Source of the DNA: Acaryochloris sp. IP29b_bin.148
GTDB taxonomy: Bacteria > Cyanobacteriota > Cyanobacteriia > Thermosynechococcales > Thermosynechococcaceae
Direction of reading: 5' to 3'
Length of the DNA stretch: 20,058 nucleotides
NCBI RefSeq assembly: GCF_028285565.1
Contig: NZ_JANQOY010000021.1
Coordinates: forward strand, 1-20,058
The position numbers and the translations under genes were made by a program. The notes below the pieces were generated by a model. The model was not told the DNA's origin. It saw only the letters and a program-made list of their open reading frames with translations, and searched no databases. Below are positions 17,734 through 20,058 of the stretch, piece by piece; the first letter of the stretch is position 1, and every line of letters starts with the position of its first letter.

Positions 17734-18038
17734 ACTTTGAAATCTCCTACCTTTTCGCTTTCAAAACATCTCTCTGCGAAATTCTGAGTTCGATGTGCAC
17801 AAGGAAACTGAACTTCGTACAGGCCAAGTTTATCCATCGGAATCTGCTCATTCGCCTCAGCATGAGACGTCGATGGCGAACCGTTTTTTTTGCCGGACTC
17901 ACACCGCTGAAGGCGTCGCGAAAAAACCTCCGATATCACGTCAAGTGCATTAGCGATCAGGTCAGTCGACAATCCATGGTCGACTGGAACCGTCTCGTGT
18001 TCGTCGGTAAAGACCATTCCCGTCTGTACTGTAGACAT
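17730..18038 (-). CDS. Doubtful hypothetical ORF upstream of and overlapping (ATGA) the YHYH gene
   Basis: 102-aa open frame whose stop overlaps the YHYH start by 4 nt; no recognisable domain and an A8 tract inside it. Confidence 0.2.
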   Translation of the reverse strand: MSTVQTGMVFTDEHETVPVDHGLSTDLIANALDVISEVFSRRLQRCESGKKNGSPSTSHAEANEQIPMDKLGLYEVQFPCAHRTQNFAERCFESEKVGDFKV

Positions 18039-18356
18039 GCTAAATACGCTGTCTTCACGGCTAGCAATGCAATGATTTGCGTCAAAAGGGAATATCGCAT
18101 CACAAATGACTTGTTCTAACTAACTCTATCCGTCCTAGATATCTTTGATGCTCTTTTTGTCAGCTAGTAATCAACCAAGATTGTGAAGACTTGAGGGATT
18201 TCATTAGATTCATAAAATAATTAACTCACAATTAAAATCTCGTAGAACAAATTGAGTATTTACGATATTCATCGAGCATGCAACATATATTCTGCTTTTG
18301 CATGTGCCAACTAACTAAAATAAATAGGCCATAAGTCATGGGTCTAATGGCTCATA

Positions 18357-19730
18357 TTGCTAAATCTCAAAGTAGATGTTAAGCTCACCAACTATTTCAC
18401 GTCTGATCTACCTGTGCTTAGGCTTGCTCAAATGGCTCAGGACTTGAACCTTCTCTACCAGCGTTACCGCTTAATTGCATTAGCAGTGTATACCGCTGTA
18501 CTCCTAGCAGGTGTCTTAGACTGGGTAGATGGCGGTATTGGACCAAGATCTGTTGTCGAAGCACCAGAATACTTACGTTTTTTGGTTTTTGTAACAATGG
18601 TTCTGGCTTTAATAGGGCTTGAATTGTGGATGGTGGGCAAATCAAGTTTTGCAGCCTCAGACAAGATCGAGCCTATCCCTTTTTCTGTCAAACTGATCTT
18701 GTTTACAGCCGCTTGTTTAGTCACTGACCTTCACTATTCACAAATTCTTTTTTTACCCATCCTTTTATATTGCTACTTAGCAGTCAGTAGGCGCTTGAGT
18801 TATTGCATAGCTCTGTTAGGAGTTATCGCTCTTTTTGGGCTTAATGCAGCCAATATTGGGCATATAAGACCACTACCTCCGCCTTTAGTCAATGGAAATT
18901 CTCCAAAGATGGGTGGACTTGTGGATAGAAGCACAGGCTCACTTATTACATTGTTGTTTACTTTGCTGTTAGCCCAAGCAATGTCACAAGCGATTCAGGC
19001 TCAGCAAAAGCTAACCGGTTTACTGACCTCTCTTGAAGCCTCCCATAAACAACTTCAACATTATTCCAAACATGTTGCTGACTTAGCAGCGACAGAAGAG
19101 CGTAATCGATTAGCGCGTGACATTCATGACAGTCTGGGGCATCACCTGGCAGCTATTAATATTCAACTTGCAAAAGCAAGCGCTTATAAAGAACGAGATC
19201 CTGACCGTGCTTATGAGGCAGTAAAGCACGCGCAACACGCTGTACAAGACGCCTTAAGAGATGTGCGTGAATCGGTTAGTAGTTTACGCCAGGCGGGTTC
19301 ATCGTTTTCATTTCAGGAGTCTCTCAATGATCTAATACGACGAATGGATCATAGTGAACTCGATTTATCACTTAATCAAACCGGGGACAGTTTGCGCTAC
19401 AGCAGGCTTAAACTGATGACCTTATATCGCGTGATTCAGGAAGGATTGACCAACATACACAAACACGCTGGGGCAAGCCAAGCCCATATAGCACTTGATT
19501 TTGGCTCTCACGACATCAATCTAGAACTGACTGACAATGGTTCTGGTTTTGACTCAGTTGCTTGGGAATCTCGAGAAAATCAACAAACAACCCTCGGATT
19601 AATTGGCTTGAAGGAAAGACTAAGTTTAGTGGGTGGGACCCTCTCTATCACGAGTCGGCCTCAAGGGACAAAGCTTTCAGTCAGTATTCCTCAGGACAAT
19701 TCGCAGGCAAGCTTCAGTACGGAAAAATGA
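18357..19730 (+). CDS. NarL/LiaS/DesK-type membrane sensor histidine kinase (HisKA_3 + HATPase)
   Basis: Several hydrophobic N-terminal helices; EERNRLARDIHDSLGHHLAAINIQL H-box; YRVIQEGLTNIHKHAGA, LTDNGSGFD and GLIGLKERLSLVGGTL ATPase motifs. TTG start at 18357 is uncertain. Confidence 0.93.
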   Translation: MLNLKVDVKLTNYFTSDLPVLRLAQMAQDLNLLYQRYRLIALAVYTAVLLAGVLDWVDGGIGPRSVVEAPEYLRFLVFVTMVLALIGLELWMVGKSSFAASDKIEPIPFSVKLILFTAACLVTDLHYSQILFLPILLYCYLAVSRRLSYCIALLGVIALFGLNAANIGHIRPLPPPLVNGNSPKMGGLVDRSTGSLITLLFTLLLAQAMSQAIQAQQKLTGLLTSLEASHKQLQHYSKHVADLAATEERNRLARDIHDSLGHHLAAINIQLAKASAYKERDPDRAYEAVKHAQHAVQDALRDVRESVSSLRQAGSSFSFQESLNDLIRRMDHSELDLSLNQTGDSLRYSRLKLMTLYRVIQEGLTNIHKHAGASQAHIALDFGSHDINLELTDNGSGFDSVAWESRENQQTTLGLIGLKERLSLVGGTLSITSRPQGTKLSVSIPQDNSQASFSTEK

Positions 19731-19731
19731 T

Positions 19732-20058
19732 ATGACCACTAAGATCCAAGTTTTACTAGTTGATGATCAGTATCTTGTCCGAGAAGGTATTTCCTCTTTA
19801 CTAGAACTCGAAGAGGATGTAGAGGTCGTTGGGATGGCAGCGAATGGTAAAGATGCAATAGAACAAGCTCTCGATCTCAAGCCTAGTATTATTCTCATGG
19901 ATGTGCGGATGCCTGAGATGAATGGCGTTGAAGCAACTGCAAAAATTAGGCAGGCGCTCCCGACTTGCCAAGTGATTATGCTAACGACCTTTGATGACGA
20001 AGAGTTTATTGTACAGTCACTCCTCGCCGGGGCTTGTGGTTATCTAATGAAGGATATT
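19732..20058 (+). CDS. NarL/FixJ-type response regulator, truncated by window end
   Basis: ATG 1 nt after the kinase stop; MTTKIQVLLVDDQYLVREGISSLLELEEDVEVVGMAANGKDAIEQALDLKPSIILMDVRMPEMNGVEATAKIRQALPTCQVIMLTTFDDEEFIVQSLLAGACGYLMKDI; open to the window end and absent from the ORF track. Confidence 0.95.
   Translation, partial: MTTKIQVLLVDDQYLVREGISSLLELEEDVEVVGMAANGKDAIEQALDLKPSIILMDVRMPEMNGVEATAKIRQALPTCQVIMLTTFDDEEFIVQSLLAGACGYLMKDI

Noticed and set aside
17793-18119. 108-aa plus-strand ORF between the YHYH gene and the histidine kinase
   Set aside because: No recognisable motif, no clear RBS, and overlap with an opposite-strand ORF; treated as random open frame.
1-20058. CRISPR arrays, tRNA/rRNA genes, restriction or retron/abortive-infection modules
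   Set aside because: No regularly spaced direct repeats, tRNA T-arm-like segments or recognisable defence enzymes were seen on either strand, apart from the single antitoxin and TnpB relic.

Overview
This is a cyanobacterial chromosomal window. The evidence is ChlP, PetG and heme oxygenase genes plus HIP1 palindromes GCGATCGC. Supported genes, in order: chlP (5'-truncated by the window), a small secreted Pro-rich protein (-), panB, hisH, a glycine-zipper membrane protein, rsmD, petG (- strand, 36 aa, absent from the supplied ORF track), a Pro-rich TonB-like protein, a degraded IS200/IS605-type TnpB C-terminal fragment (-), a heme oxygenase, rsmH, an FtsL-like protein, an ftsI-type PBP, a DCC-family (DUF393-like) protein (-), a basic/acidic low-complexity protein, an M16-family protease homologue without an HxxEH motif (-), a NIL-domain/4Fe-4S ferredoxin, a SAM methyltransferase, a short YefM/Phd-type antitoxin without a visible toxin, a lipoprotein and a YHYH-domain protein (both -), and a NarL/LiaS-like two-component system cut by the window end. 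The most accessory-looking part is ~14.5-20 kb, where I find no HIP1 octamer (at least ten lie upstream). It holds an orphan antitoxin and a two-gene exported cassette (YHYH protein + lipoprotein) split by a perfect 13-bp hairpin and next to the two-component system. That cassette is the best candidate for an uncharacterised system, but its function cannot be deduced from sequence alone. I see no CRISPR array, tRNA or rRNA.
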